The position numbers and the translations under genes are program-made. A DNA stretch of 64,000 nucleotides from Parasitella parasitica NRRL 2501 (lineage: Eukaryota; Fungi; Mucoromycota). The first letter of the stretch is position 1; each line of letters starts with the position of its first letter. The notes beneath the pieces were generated by a model. That model did no database searches. It saw only the letters and a program-made list of their open reading frames with translations, and was not told the origin of the DNA. Below, one piece after another: positions 50,081 to 62,900 of this stretch. Location of the stretch: contig MU619254.1 of NCBI GenBank assembly GCA_025201805.1, forward strand, positions 247,440-311,439, in the 5' to 3' direction.

Positions 50081-51951
50081 ATGGACAACAGTGCACAAAA
50101 CTCGAGCGTAAGATGAAATTTGATGTAAAATTATGTAAATCAGACCGTAATCCGGCTTCAATCATATAGCCTTTGGGGATCCCTATCGCAAATTCACAAA
50201 AGGTAGCTGCAGGCTCGCCTAATATGGGTCAGCCTATGAGTTCTTCCTATGAAAATCGCTGGTTATCCGCTGGTGCCGATAACAAGAAGGGTTCTTTACT
50301 TTCTGCTAGTGGCCGCAGAAAGAGCATTACCTCCGAGGATGGTCATAAGTCCTCTGTAAACAGCAAAGACAATCCTAAAAAGAAAGAAAACACTAGACCT
50401 CATAATGGCGAGCAACCCAAAAAGACTCAAAAAGACATGACGAAGGCTGAGCGCCGTGCTCTTCAAGAAAAGCAAAGATCAGAAAAGCAAAATCGTATTG
50501 CTGCCGGCTTACCTAAATCGGCCAAGCAAGCTGCTGAATTGGAAGCCAAGAAAGGTTCTGGCGCTGCTGGAGCTTCGGCTTCTGGCGCTGCTGGGGCTGG
50601 AACTGCTGCTGCCAGTGGTGCTACTCAAGGTGCCGCAGATGCTAATAAGCAGAGCAAAAAGAAGGCTCTGTCAAAAAATCAACAAAACCAGGTACCTTGG
50701 CTCCTTCATTTGGATGCTCCCAGAACTAGTGATGCCTTAACAAAAGACCTCCATCCTGCCGTTCTTCAACTTGGCTTATACTTTTCTAATCATAAAATTG
50801 TTGGTTCCAATGCTCGTTGTGTAGCCATGCTTGAGATATTTTCCAAGGTAAGTTGAATACAATCATCGCACTTGTATATATTTAAGCTGGGTGCTTGCTG
50901 GTAGGTCATTTCAGAACACAAGCCTCCATCCGATGCAACATTTTCCAGAAATATTCAAAAGCATTTAGATCCTCATATCGCATATCTCCTCAGCATTCGT
51001 CCCATGTCATTAAGTATGCGTGAATGTATTCGTTGGTTAAAGAAGGAAATGGCAGATATCGTAGAAGAGGACCCTCCATTGAGTGATGACGATGCACGCA
51101 GCAGATTAACTGAACGTATTGGCCATTTTATCCGTGAAAGAATTACCATGGCTGACCAGCTTATTGTGCAAAACGGCTTGCAGAAGATTCAAGATGGGGA
51201 TGTTATATTGACCTATGCTAAATCATCTGTAGTCGAGAGTTTATTACTGGAAACAAAGAAGAAGGGCATCGATTTCAAGGTGATTGTGGTAGATAGTCGT
51301 CCATTGTTTGAAGGCAAACATCTTTTGCGCAGATTAATAGCAGCTGGTATAGAATGTTCTTATCATCTATTATCCAGTGTGTATGTGGCGCTTAAATCCG
51401 TCACCAAGGTTATCATGGGCGCACATGCTCTCTTGAATAACGGTGCTGTGTATTCTCGCATTGGTAGCTCAATGGTAGCAATGGCTGCTAGCGACAAACA
51501 AATTCCTGTCATGATCTGTTGTGAAACTTACAAGTTTGTTAACCGTACTCAAGTGGATTCGTTTGTTTTGAATGAATTAGGGAATCCTGACGATTTGGTG
51601 GACACCAAATCAACCACCGCTACACAAGCTGTCCACAGTAATCTTGACCAAGATGCAGTTTTGGCTTCGTGGAGAGATCAGCCTGATCTTCGATTACTCA
51701 ACCTCCTGTACGATGTTACCCCCTCAAAGTACATTACATTGGTAGTCACTGAAGTTGGTCTTATTCCCTGCACATCTGCTCCTGTGGTAAGTGCAAGATA
51801 TTTAGTGATTATCAAGCATTTTATTCACATTAATTTTATCGTATAGATTTGGCGTGAATACAAGTATGTCGAATCATGGATATATAACATGTTTTACTAA
51901 TAGCTGTTCTTCTTTTTTTATAGCGAGGAATTTGGCAAACGTGTTGCATAG
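50081..51951 (+). CDS. GCD2: Translation initiation factor eIF2B delta subunit
   Basis: TKAERRALQE.QR, LHPAVLQLG, GSNARCVAML, ILTYAKSSVV, VVDSRPLFEG, CCETYKF, NELGNPDDL, LNLLYDVTP. Confidence 0.93.
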
Positions 51952-52563
51952 AGCAGAATTGCATTTACAAATAAAATAAAAAAGAAACTTATCCCTCTGA
52001 GATCCAAGGCGGAAGTATTTGTGGGATGAGCTTGGCTGTACATGCGTGATAGTGCCATTGCTATGCATTTTATACTGTTTAGGTTGTACTTTTCATTGAT
52101 GGCTAGTAACATAGATATGCTTTGAAACCTCTTGCTTGATTTTTCAGGATTGGAGCCACATCTGTATTTTTTCTGTATTCGATACCTTAATAAGCGTGAA
52201 AAACGTTTAGACTCCAAAACAGATGTAGATTGTTTCACAAGTATATAAACATGGATTAAAATTTAATGGCGACTAGCACATTAAATCAATAGTAGCAGCA
52301 TCAGCATCAGCAGCCTCATGCTGAAACAAAGATGTTTACAACGCAAACATACCAAACTCTTTTTTTTTTTTTTTTTNNNNNNNNNNTAACATTCCCTGCT
52401 GTAAATAAACCGCCCTTTGACGTGGCTAAATGTCAACTGCTGGACATTAAACAAGCCAAGAGGATTGAGTGTTACATACAGAGACTGAACTAAAAGGGGG
52501 TTTATTTTCATTCACCTTTCTTGTTTTTTTTTTTCCTCTTTCTCCAAATTATTCATATTGGAC

Positions 52564-55500
52564 ATGACGATAGATTATTCCAATAATCCATCATCACCAG
52601 ACAGGATGGATTCACTCTACTACAAGCATCTACAACAACCAGAAAAACAAGACCATGTCCCTGTCTCAATTGGTGACGACGTTGCTTACACAACAGGTGC
52701 AACCAAGACAACAGACAATTTCCGCAAAAGAAACAACAACCATTACGCACGAAGGCCCAATAGCGATTACGACGACTCTGACCTAGATTTAGCAAACCGC
52801 AAGACGGATAAAATGCGTCTACGAAAGGATGCCGTAAGGAAACAAAATCGCACCAGGGATTGGTATATTGTGCTGGCTTTGACACTCTGGGCTGTTTATA
52901 TTCGGCTTTACAAGATATCGCAACCTTCTTCGGTAGTGTAAGTGTAAATTTTTGCGTGGCTTCTACAAGCATACAGCGATATTAATAGCAAACGTAGCTT
53001 TGACGAGGTTCATTTTGGTGGATTTGCGACAAAATACATCAAAACCAGGTTTTTTATGGATGTCCATCCACCTGTAACGTGTTTGTTTTACTGTGTCAAA
53101 GTAACCCACTCATACTTTCTGCATATAGCTCGCCAAGATGTTGATTGCCCTTGTTGGTAAACTGGCCGGGCTGGATGGGTTTGACTTCAAGGATATTGGA
53201 AAGTAAATCGGTTGATCTGTGGGTGCAATTACATCATTTTTACTGATGCATTTCTGTCAGGGACTACCTGGAGGATAATGTGCCTTATGTTGCTATGCGA
53301 TTGTTTTGTGGTCTCACAGGGCTATTGGTAGTACCAATTGCCTATCTCACAGTCCGTGGCGCTGGGCATTCCATTGCTGCTGGTTTAGTTGCTGCTTTTA
53401 TGGTTTGCTATGGTAATTTTGCATTGACGTTAGTTTAGCTTAACCTAGCTAACTGTTTTGTTCTTGTAGATAATGGCTTGATTGCAAACAACCGTTTGAT
53501 TTTATTGGATCCGCCACTTTTATTCTTCACGTCTGCAACAGCCCTAATGTGGATCAATTTCCACAACCAAAAGCGCAAGTAAGTATGAGAGTAGATGATA
53601 ACGACAACTACAAGGTGTTTATCGAGTACACTAGGCCCTTTCAATTTTGGTGGTACGTTTGGTTATTCATGACTGGACTCGGCTTAGGTTTGACCGTAAG
53701 CTGTAAATGGGTTGGGTTGTTCACAATTGCAACTATTGGCGTGTCTACAGTGAAAGGTCTGTGGGAGCTGTGGGGAAACACACGTATTCCCAAGGTAAGA
53801 GGGAAAAAATCAATACATGTATAGACAAGCTGAACGTCTCGCAGTCTGTTTTCCTTAGACATTTTGGGGCTCGCGCTATGGCATTGATTGCACTGCCAAT
53901 GTGCATTTACATGATCATGTTCCAAATTCATTTCCACTCGCTTCCAAACAGCGGCGAAGGAGATGGGTTTATGTCGCCTGAATTCCAACAGACACTGGAT
54001 GGTCATGCTAGCATCAAAACTCCAATTGACATTGCTTATGGATCCAGAGTTTTTATTCGCCATGTAGCTACCAGAGGAGGATATCTTCATTCGCATCCAC
54101 ACAATTACCCCGGTGGTAGTAAGCGTGAGTATATACTTTAGAATGCGCCTTGCCCAACATGACCTAAAATGCGCCATTAGAACAACAGGTTACGCTTTAT
54201 CCTCATCGTGACGACAACAATTGGTGGACCATTAGAAAAGTCAACGATGCAGAGCCCAATGGAGTTGAATATGTTCGACATGGCGACATTGTAACACTTC
54301 AACATGCTGATTCTAATAAGCGTTTGCATTCTCACGAAATCAGACCGCCGATGACAGACGTGGAATACCACAACGAAGTAAGTGGTTATGGCTTTGACAA
54401 TTTCTCTGGTGACAGCAACGATCATTGGAGAGTCGAAATCATCAGTGGCGATAAGTCAGATCCGGAATCCAAGGAAAGACTCAAAACAATTCATTCAAAA
54501 TTCGCTTTGATTCATGTCATGTCTCAATGCTCTTTGTTTTCCCATTCCGTCAAGCTCCCTGACTGGGGATTTGATCAACAAGAAGTCACCTGTATCAAGA
54601 ATGGCAAGATTGCAAAGACCGTGTGGTATGTGGAATCAACAGAAAATAAGCTATGTAAGTACTACTGCGTGTGTGCGTGTAGAAGAGATTAATTCAGCAG
54701 TATTTTCACAGTGCCTGAGGATGCTGAAAAGGTTACCTACAATAAGTTGAGTTTCCCAAGCAAGTTCATTGAGCTAAACAAGGTCATGTGGGAAACAAAT
54801 AAAGGACTAGTATCGACACATCCCTATGATTCAAGGCCTGAGGTATGTATACGTTGAAGATTCGCACACATTATCTAAGCATCTCTTAGTCATGGCCTCT
54901 TTTAAGACGTGGAATCAACTTCTGGTCTAAAGATAAACTCCACATTTACCTGCTAGGGAATCCATTAGTATACTGGTCTGCTTCCACAGCTGTATTGGTT
55001 TGCATCATATTGAAATCTGTGCTTCTCATCTTGGATAAACGCGGCCTTGCTCAAAAAGATTTTGGAGGTAAATAAAAACCGAGAAAGTAAGAAAATGCAT
55101 ACTAACATGCTCTTTTTTTTTTTTTTTTAGAGTTGAGGAAATTCTATGATGAATCAGCTGGTTTCTTCCTTGTTGGGTGGTTTTTGCATTACTTTCCCTT
55201 TTTCCTTATGGGTAGGCAGCTCTTTTTGCATCATTACATGCCTGCTCTCTATTTCTCGATTTTGCTGTTTAGTGTTGGGTTTGATTTGTTGACGATCAAA
55301 TTGGTAAACAGAAAGAGGCTGGTGATTGCCGCTTTGTTTATCCTAACTGTCAATCATGTTTATCGATCTTTCATTCCAATCACCTATGGTGATCCCTGGA
55401 CACAATCTCTCTGTGAAAAGGTAAAATGGAGATCTACGTGGGACTTTGACTGTGCTCAGTAAGTTTTTTTTTTCAACACTTTTCGTGGGTATCCTATACT

Positions 55501-55740
55501 TACTACATACACAGATACCATCATGATATCGAGAGCTACAATATCCCTAAGCCTTTAATAATTGAAGGGTTTGGCAAGGTGAAGGATGCTGTGAGCTCGT
55601 ATCTGGGAGGAGCAGCCGCACCTGAAGTAATTGACGGTGTGAATATTGTTTCTGATGGGAGCAACCTCCCTTTTGTGGATAAATCCGCTGAAAAAAATGT
55701 ACTTACCACTGCTACACAACCACTTCAACAAGAAGCCTAA
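52564..55740 (+). CDS. PMT1: Dolichyl-phosphate-mannose:protein O-mannosyltransferase (PMT1-like) with MIR domains
   Basis: VVFDEVHFGGFA, FMDVHPPLAKM, SCKWVGLFT, YLHSHPHNYP, RLHSH, GRQLFLHHYMPALYF. Confidence 0.92.
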
Positions 55741-55807
55741 GTATGAATTTGATGTGCTACAATCTTTTTTTTTTTTTTTTTTTTTTTTTTTTCTTTTTCA
55801 TTTTTAC

Positions 55808-56105
55808 ATTTTCTCTCTTTCTTTTTTTCTCTTCTTCTGCCATTTCATTTTTCTTTTCTCATTTATATACTTCGCATTTAGAATTTTGTCACTAGTAAAT
55901 CAAGCCGACAAACTTAGATCANNNNNNNNNNTTTTTGGTGAGAAGAGCATATGTTTCTATTTTGTCTTTTTCTCTGCTTTTTCATTTTTACATTTTCTCT
56001 CTTTCTCTTCTTCTCTTCTTCTGCCATTTCATTTTTCTTTTCTCATTTATATACTTCGCATTTAGAATTTTGTCACTAGTAAATCAAGCCGACAAACTTA
56101 GATCA
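55808..56105. repeat. ~115-bp direct duplication flanking an N gap (probable assembly overlap)
   Basis: ...ctgccatttcatt...gacaaacttagatca occurs at ~55808-55921 and ~55991-56105, on either side of Ns at 55922-55931. Confidence 0.85.
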
Positions 56106-56141
56106 TCTGCATAAACACCACGTCTTGTTTCCACATAAATA

Positions 56142-58241
56142 ATGTTGTTTAATAAACCTATATCAATCGCTGCCCTGATCATCACAACATCAGTGTCTAC
56201 CATCGTTCATGCTCAATCCGGTATATATGAAGATTGGGAACAAATTGTGTTTTTTTCCTGTCATACTTAACTTAAATTTAACCCCAATATAGTAAAGAGT
56301 TCTGGTAGCTGTAGTGCCTATCCAACCAATGCAACTTGTGCGGTAAATAATGGATGTTCTATATAGAAAGATTGAAATTTTACTCATCTACATAACTTAG
56401 AGTTATGTAGATTACAACGTATTCTTACCAGATAAAGTCACAATCTCTCAAGTGGAATCACAGTTACAATCTCTCATTGAATTAGGATCTTTACTTGGTG
56501 GAGTTAGTCCTGTCTGTCTTGATACCTATGCTCGATATCAATGTTCAAAAGCCTACTCAAAATGTGTAACGGCCAACTCCACTACAGGTAAATTAATTCT
56601 AACATGACAACCCATTATATAGCATTAACTCCTTTTTATATTGATAAAGATATTGGTGTTTATTCCGCTTGTTCTTCAACATGCGAGGCTGTTAGTATTG
56701 CTTGTGCAAGTCTCTTTGAAATGGCAAACCAAACTGCACTTTTGCCCAATTGCAGCACTGAAGTAACAAACACAGGTTTTGGACTACAACCTGATGATAT
56801 GTGCAACAATATTCCTACCAAATGTATGAAAAGACTAGTTATACAAAATTAATAACAAAAACAAAACTAAGCCTTTCTATTCCTAGTGACCAAAGATCAA
56901 ATTAACGATGGAAGACTAAATTTATCTGCTGTGCCTGAAGGTTTCATTATGGCAAAATGCCCGGTCCCATTCTTGGCTGATCCTTTAATTGCCACTGGGT
57001 CATCACTTGATGACAACTACTGTAGATACGGCTGTTGTATTCCATGCCCTGCTCAAGATTTAGTAAGTTTGATTATAACTGTACACAAGAAGGTACTACT
57101 GACACTGTATTTCAGTTTTACAAGGAAAATTGGGCCACTAGGGGCTTTTTAGCTACTGATGTGATACGTTTTGTATCAGCCATTCTATCATTTATTTTAG
57201 TAGTCAGTTATTTAGTTTTACCTGACAAGAGAAGACATCCTTCATTATTGATTCTCAACTTGTCCATCGCCATCTTTTTATTCAGCATGGTTGTCTTCTT
57301 TTCAATTGGGAATCCAAAACGTCTTCAATGCGCTGCAAATGGAATTTCGCCTGGTGAAATGGGGAACAATACGCTGTGTGCTGCTCAAGGTGCGATTTTG
57401 ATCTTTGGTTCATTTGCAACTTGTCTTTGGTGTGCCGCTTTGATCTTAAATTTACATGTACACACGGTTTGGAACTCTAATTTCTTTACGAACCGATATA
57501 TTCTGTTGAATGTTGTCTGTTGGGGTATTCCAACTACCATCATGTCAATTGCTTTGGGATTACATGCTGTAAAATTTGAATTTGCTAATCTTTGTTTAAT
57601 ATCGATGGAGTATATCTTCCCTTTGTTTTTTTATCCATTAGCAGCAATTGTTTGTCCTAGTTTTCTAGTTCATATCGGCACATTTTTCTATATTGCTAAA
57701 ATTGCTGTGCGTGAAGGACTTGAATCTGACATGACACAGTCTTTATCTACGGGTACTATGACAGATCGTCCACCTGGTGTAAGCAGAAAACACGTATTGG
57801 TTGCCGTCAAAATCCAATGGAGAGCCTTGCTGTTGGCCGTTGTTGCTATTGTCACTGTATTGTTTTACTGGGTAAGTTAGTTATTACTATAGCATGACAC
57901 AGAATGTACTCAAGTATAAACAGTTGTTCTACATGACACAAATGAGCCGCATGACAGAATTACAAAATAATCCAGGGCTTGCACTAGATTGGCTTGAATG
58001 CATGCTGACACCTGGAAACACACAAAACCAATGTGCTGATGGGATCAGCTCTCATTTACCTCCTTTTCCTTTGATTATCGTTGCTGAAACTTTAGTTAGT
58101 ACTATTGGAATTTGGCTGTTTGTCATGTTTGGCAAGAGGTCTTTATGGCGTGAATGGAATGATTTAATCTATGATATCAGAGTCAGTTTTAATAGACATG
58201 GTAGACCCGAGAAAAATGGCGAACAATTTTTTGCCCTTTAG
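56142..58241 (+). CDS. Frizzled/Smoothened-like (class F) 7TM receptor with signal peptide and Fz cysteine-rich domain
   Basis: Spliced MLFNKPISIAALIITTSVSTIVHAQS|VKSSGSCSAYPTNATCA|SYVDY...CLDTYARYQCSKAYSKC..|..ACSSTCEAVSIAC...LPNC...MCN; linker CPVPF...GCCIPCP; seven hydrophobic segments; RRHPS after TM1, CWGIP in TM4. Confidence 0.85.
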
Positions 58242-59439
58242 ATGTACACTTTTATTCTCATTATGTATCACTTTCTTTTTAATATCTTACTACTACATAT
58301 ATCTCATATTATTATATATTCCTTTATTTACTTAGTACTAGCAAAATCTACAGGCATAGATATTTTTTAAGACATTCAATTTATATTCTCAGTAAAAGCA
58401 ACGCGACATCCTTTATCTTATTTTTTATGTGTTATATAAATGTTTTGATTTTGTAAACCCATGAATATCTTTAGTCCCAATTAGATGTTAATAATTCCAA
58501 ATGTCTAGTATACCTACTATTTCTGGTTTTACTAACCATTTAAAAAAACGCCGACGAAGTATTCTAAAAAGTTACAATGATGTTAAATTAAATATGGGGT
58601 TCCTTTACGATCTCTTCTGTATCCTTTTATAGAGCTTATTACGTTTTGTTTTAGATGATTCATTAATAGTATGAAAGAAGGGAGAAACTGTTCGACTGAT
58701 TGACGTGTACTCTTTTTTACTGAAAAAGTCGTACAAGTCATTCTATTAAAATATTTGTATTGTACATGTTGTGCCAGGTCTTGAAAATGAACACGACAGG
58801 TGATTTTATATGATAAAGTATATAAGAAAGTAATAAATATTTAATTTAACAGATACAAACCTATTGATTTTATTGATTGAAAAGAAGCTGTCTAATTAGA
58901 GCAAATCTATACGAATCACTCTATAAAGTATCATGCTTGGTTTAATTGTCAAACAATATTTTAACATTGTAGTATTCAGAGCAAGGCTTATTTTTATATT
59001 AATCAGCTAACATTATGAATATGAATCATTCATTAATAAGTTGAGCTTCACAATTTAGAATAAGCAGAGCCCCAAATATATGGTTTCCTATACAAGACAT
59101 TCTATATTGATTACGTCTATTTACTAGATGGAACAATCGATGAGCAGGAACGGTTGCCATGACGACTGGGTTGAAATAGTGGTAATCATGGTATTCTATG
59201 GACACAACAGTAAATATCTACAGAGCAGAGACACTTTTCTGTGTTGGGTGATTTGGGAGGTATATTTGAACAAAAGATTTGTTTACATTAATTATCAGAT
59301 CTACTTTAATTCGTAATGTGGCAATGTTAGTGTTAAAATTCCATTCAATAATGAAAAAAAATATTATAATGGTTGTAGGCCACTTTTTCCTAGCACAAAA
59401 ACTAGAACTCTCATCTTGTTAATTTGTAGCAAATTATCA

Positions 59440-59703
59440 TAATTTTTACATACCTACAGCAAATATTTTAGTTGGGAACAAACAAGAATATTTGTGAAAC
59501 GTCACGTAATTGGAATATTATTAAAACTTTATAAATAAAAATACTCTACGGTGCTTGTTGCGTGAAATCTCTAGCAATTTGTGGAAAATCCTTACAGTAT
59601 AAATGTGTTGATACCGAGACTAAAGCAAGTAATTGAGTGCTGTTTATGTTATTTGAATGTTTAATAAACTTTTGGTTATAGTATCTCAGCGATAGAATAG
59701 CAA
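59440..59703 (+). repeat. Dispersed repeat / tRNA-upstream module, homologous to the reverse complement of 44270-44530
   Basis: cggtgct, cttRcagta, ccgagactaa, gtatctcagcgatagaatagcaa. Confidence 0.7.
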
Positions 59704-59894
59704 AAGTTATGACCTAAAATGTTTTAAACCTAAGAAAGTTCAAAAATGCAGCATAATTCAATATCCAAGGTGAGATATTCCTACTATTCAACATCAGATT
59801 CAGGAACATGTTTTCCATTGGCTCAGACTTTGATCACGTGCGGATAATTAATTAGTATTATAAAAACACATTTATTTTTAGCAATTAAAAAAAT

Positions 59895-59968
59895 GGTTTC
59901 TTGGTGTAGCTGGTTATCACACTTGCCTAACACGCAAGTGGTCGCCAGTTCGAGCCTGGCAGAAATCA
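59895..59968 (+). tRNA. tRNA-Val(AAC)
   Basis: Same cloverleaf as 43905-43978, one D-loop substitution (C vs T). Confidence 0.96.
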
Positions 59969-62900
59969 AAGTTTTAAATCAATTTTTAAATAAAACGTCT
60001 CACGGAAAGTTGGTGCTTAATGTTTTGTTTGTTGCAATCGAAAATGTCATGCGCAGAGAATATATGAGTATAATCTGCTCAAAAAATGTATAACTTTATA
60101 AAAATAAAATTAGACACAAAAAATCAATGACTCTGTTGTTAAAAGAATGCGATATTTTTATATTAGATTATACCTATTGTAACACTATTTATCAACGTTG
60201 TGAAATACATTCACTATGATGATCTGCATTCCACTTCTAGATTCATCCAGTTACCTTAAATTAATATAGACTACATATGCGCACAGTTAATAAGATGTGC
60301 AATACAGATTTATACTATATAAGATGTAAGCTAGAGATGGCACCACTAAAATAGATGACGCTATAGACTTATATACTTATATCTCGACACGAGCCTTAGA
60401 CATTTACTATATCTAGTGTATGCTACGAGCTTATGCTATATAAGATTTATGCTTCAGATGCGTATTCCCAGTTTCTAGATACGCACTACAAGACATATAT
60501 TTATATCCATGATACTAGCTACAGATATATCATGTACTACAGACTTGTACAATATGTGCAATGCTATAGATATGCTTATGACATGCTATAGACATGCTAC
60601 ATATACCGATATATGCTTGCAAGGTTCTAGGCTTATTCAAAGATTTCATCGAGGTCAGATCGCGGGATGTCGGAAAGACATCCTACCCAATCTTCTCTTT
60701 AATGCAAAATAAAAGAATGGTGTTATAGATCAGTATAAACTGATCATCACATAAAAAGACTCTCCGTGAATATTATGAATATTAACTTCAAATTACCACA
60801 GAATATCCCACAAAGATCACAATTACCAAGACCAGGCTAGCATGGATTTAAGAAGATGTAATCCAATATCAAGAACAAATAGAAGCAACTCCAACACTCG
60901 TCAAATCTGCCACTGGTTATCTCTTTATCAATCCTTGCTGCCAAGACGTCCTGGATGAATAATCCAATATAATTTAGGTTCATATCCATAATCATTTACC
61001 CTTTCAAAACTAGTATAAAAAGATAGTTTTTAAACTACATTTTGATGATCTTCTAAAAAATAAATTACAGTATTAAAAAGTATTTTTTATCTAGTGATTT
61101 CACAAATGGATCTTTCTTGGGAATGCCGTGATTTAATACGCTTTAACACTTTCTGCCTAATATCAGGTGTTATGTAAATAAACATTAATTAGGATACACT
61201 CTAGTATAAATAGAGAGCATTGTTATGTCAAAAGTTGAATAAAAGAAATCTGTCAGAGAATTACACTTTTATTCGTAATACATCTTTCGATATGTTATAT
61301 ACACATTCATTAAATAGGATTCTACTGTCTAACTGCATAATGTAAATCATTACCATCAATGATTTACTGTAAGACCCTGGGGCTGATCTGAGACCCTGAT
61401 GTGAGACCTTGCTATGATATTGATATAACAGTTACTACTTCATGGATATTAACTGTGGAAATAGTTGGAAGAATAGAATAGCCGACATATCAGTTAAGAA
61501 ATGAATCTTAAGAAATCACGATACATGCTAATCAATGTATAACATAACCTGATATTTTAATCAGAGACCTCAGTCCAATAGTGGGGCTAAATAGATAGAT
61601 AGAATATCCTTGGGAGATTGAATAGTAAAATCTACATAAAGAGGGCACCAATTTTTAATTATTAGAGTCCTCCAGTCTGAACTAAATAATAAATCTATAC
61701 GTTATCTAGTTGACTTACCTTGTTTTTTATACTTTTTTTCTGTGAATATCCTTGCATCAAGCATACTTCACATATTCAATAAAAGACTACATTTCAGAAT
61801 ATGAATCATCTAATCACACACTTCGAATATTGAATTGGTGGAGAGACTGTTATAGTAAACAAGGGTACAAGTGCAAGTCGTTATGCTCCTGGGAATGAAG
61901 CAGGTACGTATTCCCTTTCCCGAGAGGAAGAGGGAGATGAGGGTCAGGTATCAATTGATCTCGCTGATCTTTGTGGTCATCCGGTTCCAATTCTGAGAAT
62001 GATTCACAGCACGATGGAGAGCCCGTTCGAGATATGTTCTTGAATGCCAATGCTCATTGTGACGGTATGGTCACTTATTACTCTGTTTAGCGTCAAAAGT
62101 TGATTAACCGTATAAATGAAAAGTTATCACAGGTACAGATGATAGCTCAATCCTTGGAACATCTTCATCGTCAAAATCGAATTGTGTTTCAAGGTCTCAT
62201 TCAGGAACGTGAATGTTCACAGAGGAGGATCGTGCTAAGATGGAATATTTTGACAGCAATGTTGAAAGCACCCGGCATAAATCTGGGAGATTTTGGTGCA
62301 CATTCTACATGCTGGTCATGGAGGCGTTATGAACGACTCGGTTTATGAATTTAATTGAAATACTTCGGAAGCATGTCAAAATTTGATTCCACACTTCGAA
62401 TATTACAGTTTGTGATCTTTCTAAGCTTCAACATGAAGAATGCGTCTCCTCATCGACTTATAGTAGTATTCTCATCTCTAAATCCTTTACTATCCAGGTT
62501 ACTATATTAATCGTAGAATTACCAATCTTTAATATTATTCATTCCTCTGTCTTGTTGCAATTCTGAAACAAGATAAGAATTTGTTGTGGCAAATTTGATT
62601 AAGGATGACTAAAAGAAAAGACGTAGTAAATCACAATACCCTTCTAATTCTATTTGTTCCTCTGAAATGATACATAGAGATTGGCTAGCAGTGGAATGTG
62701 CGGAACAATAATATTAAACCTTCTAACACCCATCAATCGCCACTTAGTGCTTAGTAGGAACAGGATCACCAAGCAATTTGATCTCTGTTTCGGTTGCTGG
62801 CTCGGCCACTCGATTGAACGTAATTTCTATGCTCCTAACTCCTATCTGGTCTGATTCAACAGGCCAAGCGTCTTTTTACTTAAGCTTTTAGCTCCTTTAG

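Noticed and set aside
55790-56105. Direct duplication downstream of PMT1 as a biological repeat
   Set aside because: The copies straddle an N gap, so an unmerged contig overlap is the most likely cause.
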